Part shown: positions 23,431 through 36,665 of the stretch, piece by piece
How the letters are laid out: every line of letters begins with the position of its first letter
Position numbering within the stretch: the first letter of the stretch is position 1
Source: Narcine bancroftii
Lineage: Eukaryota
Assembly (NCBI RefSeq): GCF_036971445.1
Contig: NC_091469.1
Location: forward strand, 9,362,001 to 9,426,000
Direction: 5' to 3'
Length of the DNA: 64,000 nt
Position numbers and translations under genes: made by a program
The notes under the pieces: generated by a model
Database searches by the model: none
Seen by the model: only the letters and a program-made list of their open reading frames with translations
What the model was told of the DNA's origin: nothing

Positions 23431-25090
23431 TATCCTCAGCACCACTTCCCCTACCACCTATTATGGTATCATCTGCAAATTTAGACATAAAACCATCTAT
23501 TGCATAATCCAAATCATTTATATGCAACTTAAAAAGAAGCGGCCCCAATGCTGACCCCTGTAGAACACCTTGTGTAACCAGTAGCCAACCAGAATGGGTT
23601 GCCTTTATTCCTTCTCTTGGTTTCCTACCGATCAGCCAGTGCTCTACCTATGCAAGTATCCTTCCTATAATTCCATCAGCTCTTACTTTGTTTAGCAGCC
23701 TTATGGGTGACACCTTGAAATCCAAATACACAACATCCATGGCATCTCCCTGTTTATCCTACTTCAAAAAATTGCAATGTTTTTCAGGCATGATTTTCCT
23801 TTAAGAAAAACCATGCTGACTTGGGCCTATCTTTTCATGTGCCTCCAGGTACTCTGTAACCTCATCCTTGACCATCAACTCCAACAGTTTCCCAACCACC
23901 AACATCAAGATGATAGGTCTATAATTTATTTTCTGCTGCCTCGCTCCCTTCTTAAAAAGGGGAGTGATATTTGCAAACAATGTTGGACTCCATTTATTGA
24001 TTTCTGGAAGATCATTACTAATGCCTCCACAATCTCTACAGCTATCACGAGGGTGCATTCCATCTGGTCTAAGAGATGTATTTACCGTTAGAGCAGTGGT
24101 TCTCAACATTTTTCATTCCACTCACATACCACTTTAAGTATTCCCTATGTCATAGGTGCTCTGTGATTAGTAAGGGATTGCTTAAGATGGTATGTGAGTT
24201 GGAAAGGGAGGGTTGAAAATCACTGCTCTAGACCCAATTGTTACTGAAATATTTTGCTTGAGAAAAATTGGCATTGGCCCATTTCATTTTGTTATAAAAT
24301 TGTGCACATATCAAGTCAATTAGGTACGATTAAAATGGTAGTTTTTCAAACTTTTACTTTTCACCTTGAGCAATCCCTTACTACTCACAGAGCACCTAGG
24401 CATAGGGAATACTTAAAGTGGTATGTGAGTGGAAAGAAAAAAGGTTGAGAAGCACAGTTTTAGATCATTTAGCTTCCCAACTACCTTGTCTCTCATGATC
24501 ATGACTGCACTCACTTCTCTTCTGATGGAGCAATGAGATTCTACAGTGAAGATCCAAGATATTTATTCAGTTCTTCTACCATCTCCTTGTCTCCAATTAC
24601 AATTTCTCCAGCATCATTTTCTATCAGTCCTATATCTACTTTGCACCCTCTTTTTACTCTTTATATATTTAAAAAAGCTTTTTATATCCTCTTTAATATT
24701 ATGTGCTATCCTCCTCCTAATTCATTGTTTATTTCCTAATCACTTTCTCAGTTGTCTTCTTCAAGTCTTTAAAAGTTTCCCAGTCCTCTATCCTCCCACT
24801 TATTTTTGCTTCCTTGTCTACCCTCTCTTCTGGTTTTACTTTGGCTTTACCTTCCCTCATCAGCCACGATTGTCTTATTTTTCATTTACAATTTTCTTAT
24901 TGTTTGGTATGTTCCTGTCCTGCACTTTCCTCATTACACACAAAAGCTCCAGCCATTGCTGATCTGTTGTCTTCGCTATTAGTGTGTTTTTTCTAATGGG
25001 TTTTGGCCAGTTCTTCTCTCATGTGACTGTCATTTGCTTTATTCCACTGAAATATCGATACATTGGACTTTAGCCTCTCCTTTTCAAATT
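23431..25090 (-). mobile_element. Decayed CR1 ORF2
   Basis: GPLLFKLHINDLD...SKFADDT; ANITPLFKKG...NYRPI...VVGKLLE...SQHGF. Confidence 0.85.
24094..24457. mobile_element. Composite hAT (Charlie/MER5-like) MITE made of two inverted units of about 130 bp
   Basis: TIR CAGTGGTTCTCAAC at 24094; first unit ends GTTGAAAATCACTG at 24225; second, inverted unit ends GTTGAGAAGCACAG at 24457; flanks resemble an NNTTAGAN target. Confidence 0.8.
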
Positions 25091-25098
25091 TCAATGTT

Positions 25099-25325
25099 GT
25101 TACAAGCCCAAAGGACCCCAAAACCCAACAGCAATAGATATTCACCACGACAAATGGCTATTTAAACAAAAATTGCTTTTAATGATCTTTAAACATGAAA
25201 ACAGAATCAAACTTTAACTTATCACTATTAACTTAACTAACCAAACTGAACCCACATCTAATTCTAAATGTATGAATATGTAATGTGTGTGTAAATCTAG
25301 GAAAGTTCTTTGCTTCACAGTCCAT
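25099..25325 (-). mobile_element. Gypsy-type LTR fragment
   Basis: TGTTACAAGCCC terminus with an AT-rich body, truncating the CR1. Confidence 0.5.
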
Positions 25326-26269
25326 CTATGTGATGCACCACATATTATTGGATGGTCAGCTCACAATGACATCCATCCTTTAGCCACAACTCAATGTCTA
25401 CAACATCATACTCTGCAACCTGCAGCTATGCAGCAAGATCATCCACCTTGTTTTAAATGCTGTGTGGATTTAAGTCAAATAACTTCAGACCTTTTTTTGA
25501 ATGTGCCGTGTCTCTGTCATCCCTCCAGCTATTATTTGTCTCATCACTTGCTTGTCATCCTTACTGTACAAGATCCTCACTTTACTACTGTTTCCCTCTT
25601 CTTCTGTCCTAGCACTTGGTACCCAAACCCTTGCTAAATTTGTTTAAACCCTCCTGAACAGCTATGTTAAACCTGCCCACCAGGATATTTGTCTCCAGTT
25701 TCAGGTGTAACCCATCCTTTTTGTATAGCTAGTTCACTTATTTTCTAGGTTAATTTTTTATTTCTTTAAGGGGTCCATGCTAAATACATTCATCTACCTT
25801 TTCTATCCCCATATACATTTTTGCTTTTTTAGAATTTTTATTTTATATTTGCTATTTTTTTTTACTTTTGCTGAGAGAAGTTGAGTAGAACATAAAGTTT
25901 CAAATGTGTGTTGTATACAAGTCTAACTGTATGGCAAAAGAGCTTTGACATTTCAATTACTTTCTCACCTTTCAGCTATGGCCCTCCAAGGACTCTGCTC
26001 AAAGTTTATGGGCCCCCTTCCCTATGATGCAATTAAATTTTGCTTTCTTTTGTACTTCTTTCCTACTGACTACTTGGTTCAAAATGTCGCAGCAATCTCC
26101 GGCAATTTTCTGCGGGCTGCCAAACCCCAGTTACGTACTCGTTTAAAATATTCACCTTCCCAGCTGTTTTCTTTACAATTAATTGTATGTGGTTTTTTTT
26201 TATGACCGACCAGCTGCTAAACACTTAATGATCCACAAATCTCCTGAGTAACAACTGAGACAGAAGCAA

Positions 26270-27300
26270 AAAGTCTACAAGGCAGAGGCCTTAAAGGGAT
26301 AGGCCACCATCAAGGTTGAGGTCAGAAATGAGGTGTCCAAACAAGACTGTAGTGCAGGGGTCTGAGACATCCCTTACCATCCATATTATTGGCAAATGTC
26401 CAGTCATTGGAGAATAAAATTGACGACGTGAGGACAAGGCTGCTTTATCAGTCGAGTAAGACAAATCTCAGTCCTTAAAGACAATTTTCAATATCTCACT
26501 CCAGAAGGGCATAGTACCCAACTTTTTCAAATAGGTGTCAATCATACTGGTGCCCTAAAAGATCACTGGGGGATCAGAGGTGGAGATGGTGATCAAATTT
26601 AAGTTCTTGGGAGTCACTGTCTCGAAGGATCTTTTCTGGACCCAACACACCAATGGTATCATGAAGAAAGTATGTCAGTGCCTCTACTTCCTCAGGAGTT
26701 TGCAGAGGTTTGGTATGACAACAGAAACCCTGGGAAATTCTTATAGAGGTGTAGAGGAAAGTGTGCTGACTGGCTGCATTGCAGTCTGTTATGGGAACAC
26801 CAATACCCCTGAGTGTAAAGTCCTCCAAAAGCTAGTGAACACATCCTGGGACATCACAGACAAAACCCTCCCCACTATTGAGTACATCGACAAGAAACCC
26901 TGCCGTCAGAGAGCAGTAACAATCATCAAAGATCAACCACCCAGCACATGTTCTGTGCATGCTGCTGCCATCAGAAAAGAGGTATAGTGGCCGCAAGGTT
27001 TGCACCACCAGGTTCAGGAATAGCTGCTACCTCTCCACCATCAGATTCCTCAACAACCTACTCAATCAGGGACTAACTTAAAGACTCTTTATTGATTTTC
27101 TTTTTTATTCTCCCTGTATAGCACAGTCAGATTGTTTACATTCATTATCTGTTTACAGTTCTTTGCTTGTTTACATGTTTACACTCTGTACAGTTTTTGC
27201 ACTACCAATTAGTGGTAATTCTGCCACACCTGAAGGAAAAAGAATCTTAGGGTTGTATGTGATGTCATGTATGTTCCCTGATAATAAATCTGAAATCTGA
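26270..27300 (+). mobile_element. Internally deleted Rex1/Babar-like LINE
   Basis: PSILLANVQSLENKIDD endonuclease start, then FKFLGVTVSKDLFWTQHT...LYFLRSLQRFGM; 3' tail AATAAATCTGAAATCTGA. Confidence 0.8.
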
Positions 27301-27559
27301 TTACATGCAAAATCTCAAAAAAATGTATGTACGTGAGGTGAAAAGAAAACAAAGCTCTTTTTCAAATGTGCTGTGGCCACCAGGGGTGAAATAGGCCCCA
27401 TTGACAATGGCTGGTTGAGAAATCTTGCACAAAATACATCAATCACAATCTTATACCAGGTTTCTGGCCTCAGTGAATACATACTGGCTTTGGGGTAGGA
27501 GAACCCAGGAGCCACATTCATATGAAAATGCCACTTATGTAAAAGTCCTTTAGACCAGA

Positions 27560-28678
27560 AGGCCATTAGATATAGGAACAGAAGTAGGTTATTCAGCCCA
27601 TCAATACCGTTCTGCCATTCCATTTTGTGCTGATCCATTCTCCCACTTATCCCCACCCCCTGGCCTTCTCCCCTTAACCTTTGGTACCTGACTATTCAAA
27701 TACTGATCAATCTCTTCCTTGAATATATTCAATGACTTGGCCTCCACAGCTGCCCATGGTAGAAAATTCCAGAGATTCACCACTCCCTGGCCAAAGAAAT
27801 TCCTCTACATCTCTGTTTTAACTGGACGGTCTTCAGTCCTAAATTTATGCTGCCTTGTTCTAGACGCCTTTACCATGAGAAACAATTTTGCCACATCTAA
27901 TATTTCCAAGCTCTTCAACTTTTGAAATGCTTCTATGATGTGCCCCCTCATTCTGCTGAGCTCAAAGGAGTGCACTCCAAGGGGCATAAAATGTTCCTCA
28001 TATGCTAATCTCTTTCTTCCAAGAATCATTCTTTTAAAAAATATATATTTAATTGTTTGCATCATTGCAGAAAAAAACATAAAACATTAATCAAATATCC
28101 ATAACCAATGATACAAAAAAAGTACTTTTATATTTTTCTCCCCATCCCCCCTCCCACCCAAAAGTAAGACCAGGAATTATTCTTGTGAATCATCTCCAAA
28201 TCTAGCACAACCTTATTTTTTTTCAATAAGGAGCCCAAAATTGTACCCAGTACTCATCAGGACTCATCAGTGCCTTATAAGGCCTCAACATCACATCATT
28301 GTTCTTGTACCCTATTCCTCTTGATATAAATGCCAACATTTCATTTGCCTTTACCACCAACTCACCCTGGAGATTAACCTTCAGAGTATCCTGCAGGAGA
28401 TCTCCCAAATCCCTTTGTACCTCTGAAATATGAATTTTACCCCTGTCCAAATAATAGTCTGACTTTTCATTCCTTTGATCAAAGTAAAGGACCATACACT
28501 TTCCAACATTGTAATTCATTTGCCATTTCATAACCCACTCTTCTAATCTACTAAGTCACTCTGCAGTGCCTCTGTTACCTTATCACTCCCTCTCCTTCAC
28601 CATCTTTGTATCAATCCAAATCATTGCCATATAATGTAAAAAGAAGTGGCCCCAATACTGAACCCTGCGGAACATTGA
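27560..28678 (-). mobile_element. CR1 ORF2 3' portion and 3' UTR
   Basis: WQMNYNVGKCMV...VQRDLG...KANEMLAFISRGIGYK...EYWVQFWAPY; VVNLWNFLP. Confidence 0.85.
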
Positions 28679-28995
28679 AGGGAAAATATTATTGCTATTT
28701 CCTCTGACCAGTATTTACATAATTTGATAAACCTTAGTCAATTATTCTCGCAGTCTAATTGGGTGTAAAAAAAAAAAAAAAGTAACCATGGCTTAGATAT
28801 GATTCAAGTAAAAGCATCCAGTCTGGATGGAGTACCCAGCCTTGTATGGAAAACCTGTTACTCAATATTTATTTTTTCTCTATTTGCACAATCTCTATTT
28901 TTTTTCTTGAACACAGTTTACAGTTACTGATATGTAGAAATTCTGTCCGACCCACATGAAAAAGGAATCTCAGGGTTGTGTGTGATGTCATATAT

Positions 28996-30220
28996 GTCAG
29001 ATACAGCAATGAGCTCTCTGAACCCTTCTCCATTAACAATGGCGTGAAGCAAGGCTGCGTTGTCGCACCAACCCTCTTTTCAATCTTCTTCAGCATGATG
29101 CTGAACCAAGCCATGAAAGACCTCAACAATGAAGACGCTGTTTACATCCGGTACCGCACGATAGCAGTCTCTTCAATCTGAGGTGCCTGCAAGCTCACAC
29201 CAAGACACAAGAGCAACTTGTCCATGAACTACTCTTTGCAGACGATGCCGCTTTAGTTGCCCATTCAGAGCCAGCTCTTCAGTGCTTGATGTCCTGTTTT
29301 GTGGAAATTGCCAAAATGTTTGGCCTGGAAGTCAGCCTGAAGAAAATTGAGGTCCACCATCAGCCAGCTCCCCACCATGACTACCAGCCCCCCCACATCT
29401 CCATCGGGCACACAAAACTCAAAACGGTCAACCAGTTTACCTATCTCGGCTGCATCATTTCATCGGATGCAAGGATTGACAACGAGATAGACAACAGACT
29501 CACCAAGGCAAATAGCACCTTTGGAAGACTACACAAAAGAGTCTGGAAAAACAACCAAATGAAAAACCTCACAAAGATAAGCGTATACAGAGCCATTGTC
29601 ATACCCACACTCCTTTTCGGCTCTGAATCATGGGTCCTCTACCGGCATCATCTACGGCTCCTAGAACGCTTCCACCAGCGTTGTCTCTGCTCCATCCTCA
29701 ACATTCATTGGAGCAACTTCATCCCTAACATTGAAGTACTCGAAATGGCAGAGGCCGACAGCATCGAATCCACGCTGTTGAAGATCCAACTGCGCTGGAT
29801 AGGTCACGTCTCTAGAATGGAGGACCTTCGCCTTCCCAAGATTGTGTTATATAGCGAGCTCTCCACTGGCCATCGTGTCAGAGGTGCACCAAAGAAGAGG
29901 TACAAGGACTGCCTAAAGAAATCTCTTGGTGCCTGCCACATTGACCACCACCAGTGGGCTGATATCGCCTCAAACTGTGCATCTTGGCGCCTCACAGTTC
30001 GGCGGGCAGCAACCTCCTTTGAAGAAGACCGCAGAGCCCACCTCACTGACAAAAGACAATGGAGGAAAAACCCAACACCCAACCCCAACCAACCAATTTT
30101 CCCCTGCAACCGTGTCTGCCTGTCCCGCATCAGACTTGTCAGCCACAAACGAGCCTGCAGCTGACGTGGACTTTTACCCCTCCATAAATCTTCGTCCGCG
30201 AAGCCAAGCCAAAGAAGAGA
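28996..30220 (+). mobile_element. Young 5'-truncated RTE LINE (RT C-terminal half plus C-terminal zinc-finger-like motif)
   Basis: NGVKQGCVVAPTLF, LFADD, a 292-aa ORF with FTYLG...LLERFHQRCL...LRWIGHVSRM...SRIRLVSHKRACS; tail aagccaagccaaagaagaga. Confidence 0.93.
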
Positions 30221-30299
30221 CACTGACCATATATTTGAACTTTGAATTCAACAGCTCCAGGATCCCCCTCTCAATTTAAGTTCAAAAATAGAAAACCTT

Positions 30300-30850
30300 G
30301 TAAAAAATTTAGCAAGTCCTACAGTATTTACTTGGAATATTGTGTTCAGTTCTGATTGATGATTACAGGAAGGATGTGGAAGCTATGGAGAGGGTGCAGA
30401 GGAAATTTACCAGGTTGATGTCAGGATTGGAGAATGTGTCTGAGAAGGCAAAGTTAACAGAGCTAGGGCTTTTCTCTTTCAACTGAAGAAGGATGAGAGA
30501 TGACTTAATGGATGTGATGTCTACATGATTTTGAGTGCTACAGGTAGGGTGGACAGACAGCATTTCTCTCCCCCCCCCCAGGGCAACAGTAGAAAATATC
30601 AGAGGACATCTGAGGTAAGGGAGGGAAATTTAGTGGATAAGTCAGGGATAGGTTTATTACACAGAGAAGTGGGAATTTGGAATGCATTGTGAGGGAGGCT
30701 GGTTCAATAGGGGCTTTTAAAAGACGGAGACACTTACATGCATACAAGAAAAAGAGGTGTAAGGTTGGGAAGGTTTAGTTGATTGAATAAGTTTCTTTTG
30801 GTCAGCTCAACATCGTGGGCCAAAGGGCCTGTTGTATGCTGCAATGTTCT
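30300..30850 (+). mobile_element. CR1 3' remnant
   Basis: LEYCVQF...RKDVEAMERVQRKFTR; tail gggcctgttgtatgctgcaatgttctatg. Confidence 0.75.
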
Positions 30851-31199
30851 ATGCTCATTCATGCAAGGAGAAGCATTCAACATTCTGGATGCGAGTGAAT
30901 CAATGACTCTGGCCATTTTTGCAGATTCTACCTGACGCTTCCTTTTTCCAACATTTTCTCTATGTTGTTGATTTCCTTTGCTTTCTTCAAATTTTCCTGT
31001 CCCTGTAAATTTCTTCTGCATCCGCATCCTTGTGCCATCACACCCTCCCTGCAAGTTTGTGTCCAGAGTATGAATCACAATGGAAAGGGAAATAGAGTGC
31101 AGGAGATGAGTGAACAGATAGCCAACAGTGAAGCCCATTGATCAATATGCATTAAGGATCAAGAAAGAAGCAGATGAAAGGGTGAATTATAGTCACATC

Positions 31200-31560
31200 A
31201 AATTCAAATTCAAGTTTATTATTGTTTGACTGTACATACATTACCAGATGAAACCATGTTTCTCCAAACCATGGGGCGCACAGATACTCAGAAAATGCCC
31301 AGTGCATAGTAATTACATATTTTCATAAAGGTATAACATGAAATAAATAAATATAAATATTTCACCATAATTACACTTATTTTCATTTATAAGAGACTCG
31401 AGGTTGCAGGATACTGTCCAATAATCTCACAACCTACAGGAAGAAGCTATTTCCCAGCCTGGCAGTCCAGGTTTTGATGCTCCTCTTTGACGGTAGTGGG
31501 TCAAAGATACTATGTGAAGATTGATGGGGGTTCTCAATAGTTCTTTGAGCCCTATTTATA
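31200..31560 (-). mobile_element. Rex1/Babar-like 3' remnant
   Basis: HQSSHSIFDPLPSKRSIKTWTARLGNSFF; (ttcaaa)n-type tail. Confidence 0.6.
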
Positions 31561-32254
31561 GGCAAAGGTCCCACAAAGTCTAAGAGGGAAGATGAGCCAA
31601 GATTTAAAAAAGAACCAATAGAGAGTGACATAAGAAAAAAATAATCACATTTAAGTTTTAAAATCTGTAACAACTGTTTGTTATGTGCAAGCATAAGATT
31701 AAATGGTTTAAATTGTTCCCTTTCTGGGCCAGAGTTGTCGATTGGCATTGAATGGCCAATTATCATGTCATTAGAAAGCTAATTATGCTTAATTTCCAAC
31801 CCCTACTTTATGTGGCAAAATTAATAGGCAATTAATATGCAAATCCTGTATTCTTTATAAACAACAGGGAGGCTAAGGGCAAGATGCCATTTGTGAGAAG
31901 CAAACAGTACAGCAATATAAATTGCACAGCAGATGCTGGAACTGGTTGCGACAAATGGCAGATCTCATTCATCCCTGGACTTTTGAACTAATAACTGGGA
32001 GCTTCTTAAAATGAATGCTAGTTTTTCAGTAGGATCTTTGCAATAAAGCAGTATGCTGGAAACAGCCATGGATTCAATTTAACTGCCCGCATTAACAACC
32101 GCCCTCTTGCAGGACAAGTGGGAAGGAAGCTCACTTTCATGACCCAGCAATGACAGATCAATTCCACAAACCCTGCAGAGTTTCCTAAAATGCTTTTGTC
32201 CATGTTGAGACTAAAGCAGGCTATGGAAATTAGACGCACAATCTCCTGAAAGAG

Positions 32255-32860
32255 GCATCACTGAGAACATCCCAACTCCTATACTCAATACTTTGATTTA
32301 TTGCAAAGTTCTATAAGACATTGGTGAGGCTAAATTTGGAGTATTGTGTGCAGTTGTAGTCACCTAACTACAGGAAATAAATCAATAAATTTGAAAGAGT
32401 ACAGAGAAGATTTTCTGGGATGTTGTTTAGACTTCAGGAATTGAGTTACAAGGAAAGGTTAAACAGGTTAGGAATTTATTCCCTGGAGCATAGAAGATGA
32501 GGGGAGATTTGATAGAGGTATTTAAAATTTTGAGGGGTATAGACAGAGTATAAGCTTTTTCCATTGAGGGTAGGTGAGAAACAAACCAGAGGACATGGAT
32601 TAAGGTGTAAGGGGAAAAGTTGAGGAAAACATTAGGGGGAAACTCTTTGCACAGAGAGTGGTGGGAGTGTGGAACAAGCTGCCAGCTGATTAAGTAAATG
32701 CGGGCTCAATTTTAAAATTTAAAAAGTTGGACAGGTACATGGATAGGAGGAGTATGGAGGACTATGGACTGGGTGCAGGTCAATGGAAGGAGACAGAATA
32801 ATAGTTCGGCACAGAATAGAAGTGGTGAAGGACAATTTTCTATGCTGTAACTTTCGATGC
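32255..32860 (+). mobile_element. CR1 3' end with a short inverted 5' piece
   Basis: KTLVRLNLEYCVQL...LGIYSLEHRR; the inverted segment at about 32255-32300 reads as the upstream CR1 sequence attgagtataggagttgggatgt. Confidence 0.75.
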
Positions 32861-33369
32861 TTCTATATTTAGCATTATTACCAGATGATTGTGGCACATT
32901 TTTGCCTGAGGCTTTGAAAGCTGAAGTGAGTTTCAGCTATAATAGAAATCTTAAAACTGCAACCTGGGTGAACAGGTAGCATGAGGCACTGATTCCAATC
33001 AATTATTATTTTTGAGGAATCACTGTCCCAAAACTTTTATTGCACTGGAAATGCACTGAGAGCAGGAAGATCCTAAGCTTTTTATGCCATGAGCCTTATA
33101 ACAAAAGAGACGTGCGATCTACCCTCACTCCGTGTGCTTGGATTGCTGAAGCACTCCAGAGGGAAAAGGCAGTGTCATTGTTTCTCAGGATAAGTGCCAG
33201 GTGATGAAGTGCTGACCACTTCACCTGTATCCTTGATACATGCTTGCCATTTAGGGCAGGCTCCCACCTGCACTATGAGTGACTGAAGTCAAAAGCTATT
33301 TCCCAAAAAACAATTTTCTATTCTTTTGATCCTTTTTCTCTCCCATTCTCTAAAGGAAAGGTTATCTAT

Positions 33370-33810
33370 TAACCTGGAAATCAGAAGAGAGCCTGAGAGT
33401 ACAGCAATGGTACATAGAAATGAATTTCCATTGGAAAAAATAACATATAATTTTAAAAATAAAGTCACAGTATTCGAACAAATTTGGGAACCCTACATGG
33501 AACACAACAGGGAGGACCTACCACGGACCTCCATCCCCTAAAATGATAGAATGAGAAGAAGACTACATGAACTGACCCAGTGTGTAAAAGTAGATGACAC
33601 AATTTTCTTGTTTATTTTCATTGTGTGATGACATTTTTTAATGGGGTTATTGTATTGTTTATGTTGAACGTTTAGTGGGTAGGGAGGGGAGTGGGAAGGA
33701 GGGAGGGAAGGGAGGGGGGAAAAGGGGAGAAAATTACTGTGTATATTCAAGAGGGAAATGTTTGTGTGTATTTTGGTTAATTTGGTTCATAGTGTGAAAA
33801 ATTTTAAAAA
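33370..33810 (+). mobile_element. L1 3' end
   Basis: PLEKITYNFKNKVTVFEQIWEPYMEH C-terminus, G-rich 3' UTR tract at 33675-33730, A-rich end. Confidence 0.75.
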
Positions 33811-34389
33811 TGAGTTGTAAGGTGAGGCAGAGAGGAGAGGTCTTTAGTGACCCTGAGGACTGGACTTGAGGGAAACAATTACTTAAGTCATCACGGGCTC
33901 TAGCCACAAACCAAGACATGAGATCTGTCTGAAACCCATGATAAATCTCAATGCCCACCTCCTGGGAATTTATTAAAAATTCAGTTATGAATAGGAAGCA
34001 TAACATTTTGCAGCATATGAAAATGAATTGCTAGGTTGAACACATTGCTCCCACTCACTGGACAGATGTCGATGAGACAGCTGGTGATCCCAATCCATGT
34101 CCAACATTAATGTGATAAATGTGGTGGCAATGTAATGGAACTAATGCCTAGAATGGGGCTCGCACAAGCTCTGAATGGGAATAATGTCTTCCACAGGGGC
34201 TGTCTAAACGATCCTTTAGAATGTACATACTTCTTACAGAGACTGGCAGATTTGAACTTGAGATGCTGTTGTTTCAATAGTATTGTGCTATCAACTACGC
34301 CACCTGTGCTGACTTTAAAAAGAACCATTAATATTGAAGTTTAATTCTGAAATACTATCATTGCTCAGGTTGTTTTCAAGTTATAGTTA

Positions 34390-34750
34390 ACGTAGAACAG
34401 TACTTGTCAAGAACAGGCTACTCAGCCCTTGATATCTGCTTTCAGTATTGTGCCAAATCTAACTAATCCCATCTGCCTGCATATGCTCTGTATCCCTCCA
34501 TTCCTTGCCCCTACATCTGCCTTTTAAAACTCCTCCTCAACATTGTTATCGTATCTGCCTCCACCCATCCCCTGCAGCCTGTTCCAGGTACATACCACTC
34601 GCAATGTAAAGAAAACTTACCTAAAAATTTCCTTTAAACTTTCACCCTCTTGCCTCAAAGTTATGCCCTCTGGCATTTGTCATTTTCATCATGGGAGAAA
34701 GATCCTCTCTATCCTATTTATGCCTCTCTTCATTTTATGTGCATCTATTG
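34390..34750 (-). mobile_element. CR1 3' UTR remnant
   Basis: Same tail pattern as the other minus-strand CR1 ends (ctaatcccatctgcctgcatatgctc...tatccctc). Confidence 0.55.
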
Positions 34751-35789
34751 ATGAAGAAAAAAAAAACACAACTGCCATTTCAAATGAATAGAGATAACAT
34801 TGGTAAATAATGAAAATCAATATCATATGTAAACTTTCAAATGTTATGTTCCAGGTAACCAGAATCTCCCTTCAGTTCTCATCCAGGAAAATATAAACTG
34901 CATATCACATTCAGAAACCATGGAAGGAAAAATAGATGTTTATATATATATTTAAAAAAAAAACAGATTTTTTGCATTGCGATTCAATTTGCATGAGCAG
35001 ATATAGTGGCATAGGCTAAAAGCCTGCACAATATCATGTACAATTGCAGAAGAAACTCATTATCTATGTTTTGAAGCTGTTATCTTTGAACTCTGCATTG
35101 GCTATGTTATAAAGATGGGAAAATATTCTGCTGTGGTGCAAAGAATTATTTTTATGGGTGTTTCTTTCTAAACTATACTTAATTTATATCATGCTCTGGA
35201 TATTATTTAAACATGTTTTCTTTCTCTTTCTCCCAAGACTGGCTGCTTTGATGCAGCATTTATTCACATCTATTTATTATTTATGCCTTCTTTTCTTAAA
35301 TCTCTCCCGTACTCTCTCTCTCTCTCCTTTAATTTTTCTCTGTGTGGTCCTCCCTGATATGTTTTTAAGGCAGAGACACAAAGAATGGATGTCCACATGC
35401 TAGTGTGTGGTGGGAAAGTAATAGCGGTGGTTAGTGAGAGATGAGGTGGATTGTGGGCTTGTCCAGATATAACTCTCTGCTGGGAAGGGTTACCATGGGC
35501 AGCATGGAGGGGTTGGTTCTACAAGATGGATGCAAAAGGACTGCATCCATATTGTATGACTCTGTGTCTCTATGGAAGGGGGGAAAGTTGGAACATGTAA
35601 GGATACAGCTAGAAACAATGAAGAAAAAGAAAACACTGATTTATTTTTCCTGTTTTGCCAGCATCTGTAGTCAAGAAAATGCTTGTATTTGTTTAATAGG
35701 AGGTTGTTCGAGCAATTTAGAAGACTAAAATATGATTGAGGAGAGTTAATAAGGTTCAATGTGAGTTTCATAGCATATGCACAAGTAGA

Positions 35790-35995
35790 GGTTGGGTGCA
35801 GTGCGGTTAACCTAGTGGTTAACACAATGTTATTGTGACCGGAGTTCAAATCTGGCGCTGTCTGAAAGGAATTAGTCTGTTTTCTCCCATGACCTGCATG
35901 GGTTTTCACTGGGTCCTTCTGCCCCTCCCATGCTCCAAAATAGTATAGGGTTGTAGGTTAATTTGGTGTAGTTAGTGGTACAGATCTCAATGGCC
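35790..35995 (+). mobile_element. V-SINE-like SINE
   Basis: gttcaaatctggcgctgtctg...tctcccatgacctgcatgggtttt...aggttaatttgg. Confidence 0.7.
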
Positions 35996-36424
35996 AAAAT
36001 CTAATCCAAATAAGTACTCCTTTTGGAGTTTTGGAAGACAGAACAATTTGGGGAAATGAGGGGAATGATGTGTATATGGCCAGGGAGTTGAATGGTGTGT
36101 GCTTAAGGGTGTGGGTTAGTCCAATATTGCAGGATTCACTGTCATATGAGGTCCAAACTTCTCGCTCTTCAATACTGGTCTTTCAGTTATTTCCATGTGA
36201 GGCATTCATAGCAGAACTCAGATCTTCAGATCTAGGTCATTATAGTTTGAGTCATGGAGAGAAGTTGGGGTGGGGGAATTAGAATGGGGTTAAAGTGGGT
36301 TGTCAGGGGTAAAAAGGCTGATTGCCACAGATTGTGTAGTTGTCTTTGCTGAACTTCAGCTGGTAGGGAAAGATGGGTGTTGGGGGGAGGAGCGATATTG
36401 GAGCTTGAGTCAGCTGCCAGAGAA

Positions 36425-36665
36425 TTTAAATGTAGATATACAGCATGGCAACTGGCCCTTCCAGCTCACAAGCCCATGCTGTACAATTCTACCAATTAAC
36501 CTACAAACCCTGTGTGTATGGACAATATGAGGAAACAAACGCGCCCAGAGGAAACACATGCACACAAGGAGAACATACAAACTTCTTACAGACCAGGGTG
36601 ATTCAAACCCAGGTCACTGGTGCTATATTAGCATTACACTAACTACAATGTTAACGGAACCACCC
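36425..36665 (-). mobile_element. V-SINE-like SINE
   Basis: ccaattaacctaca...ggagaacatacaaacttcttacagac...attcaaaccc. Confidence 0.7.

Noticed and set aside
17463-30220. RTE pieces at 17.5-19.2 kb (-) and 29.0-30.2 kb (+) as halves of one element split by an 11-kb inversion
   Set aside because: They nearly abut in RTE coordinates, but the L1 hosting the first piece is colinear on both of its sides, which such an inversion would have broken.
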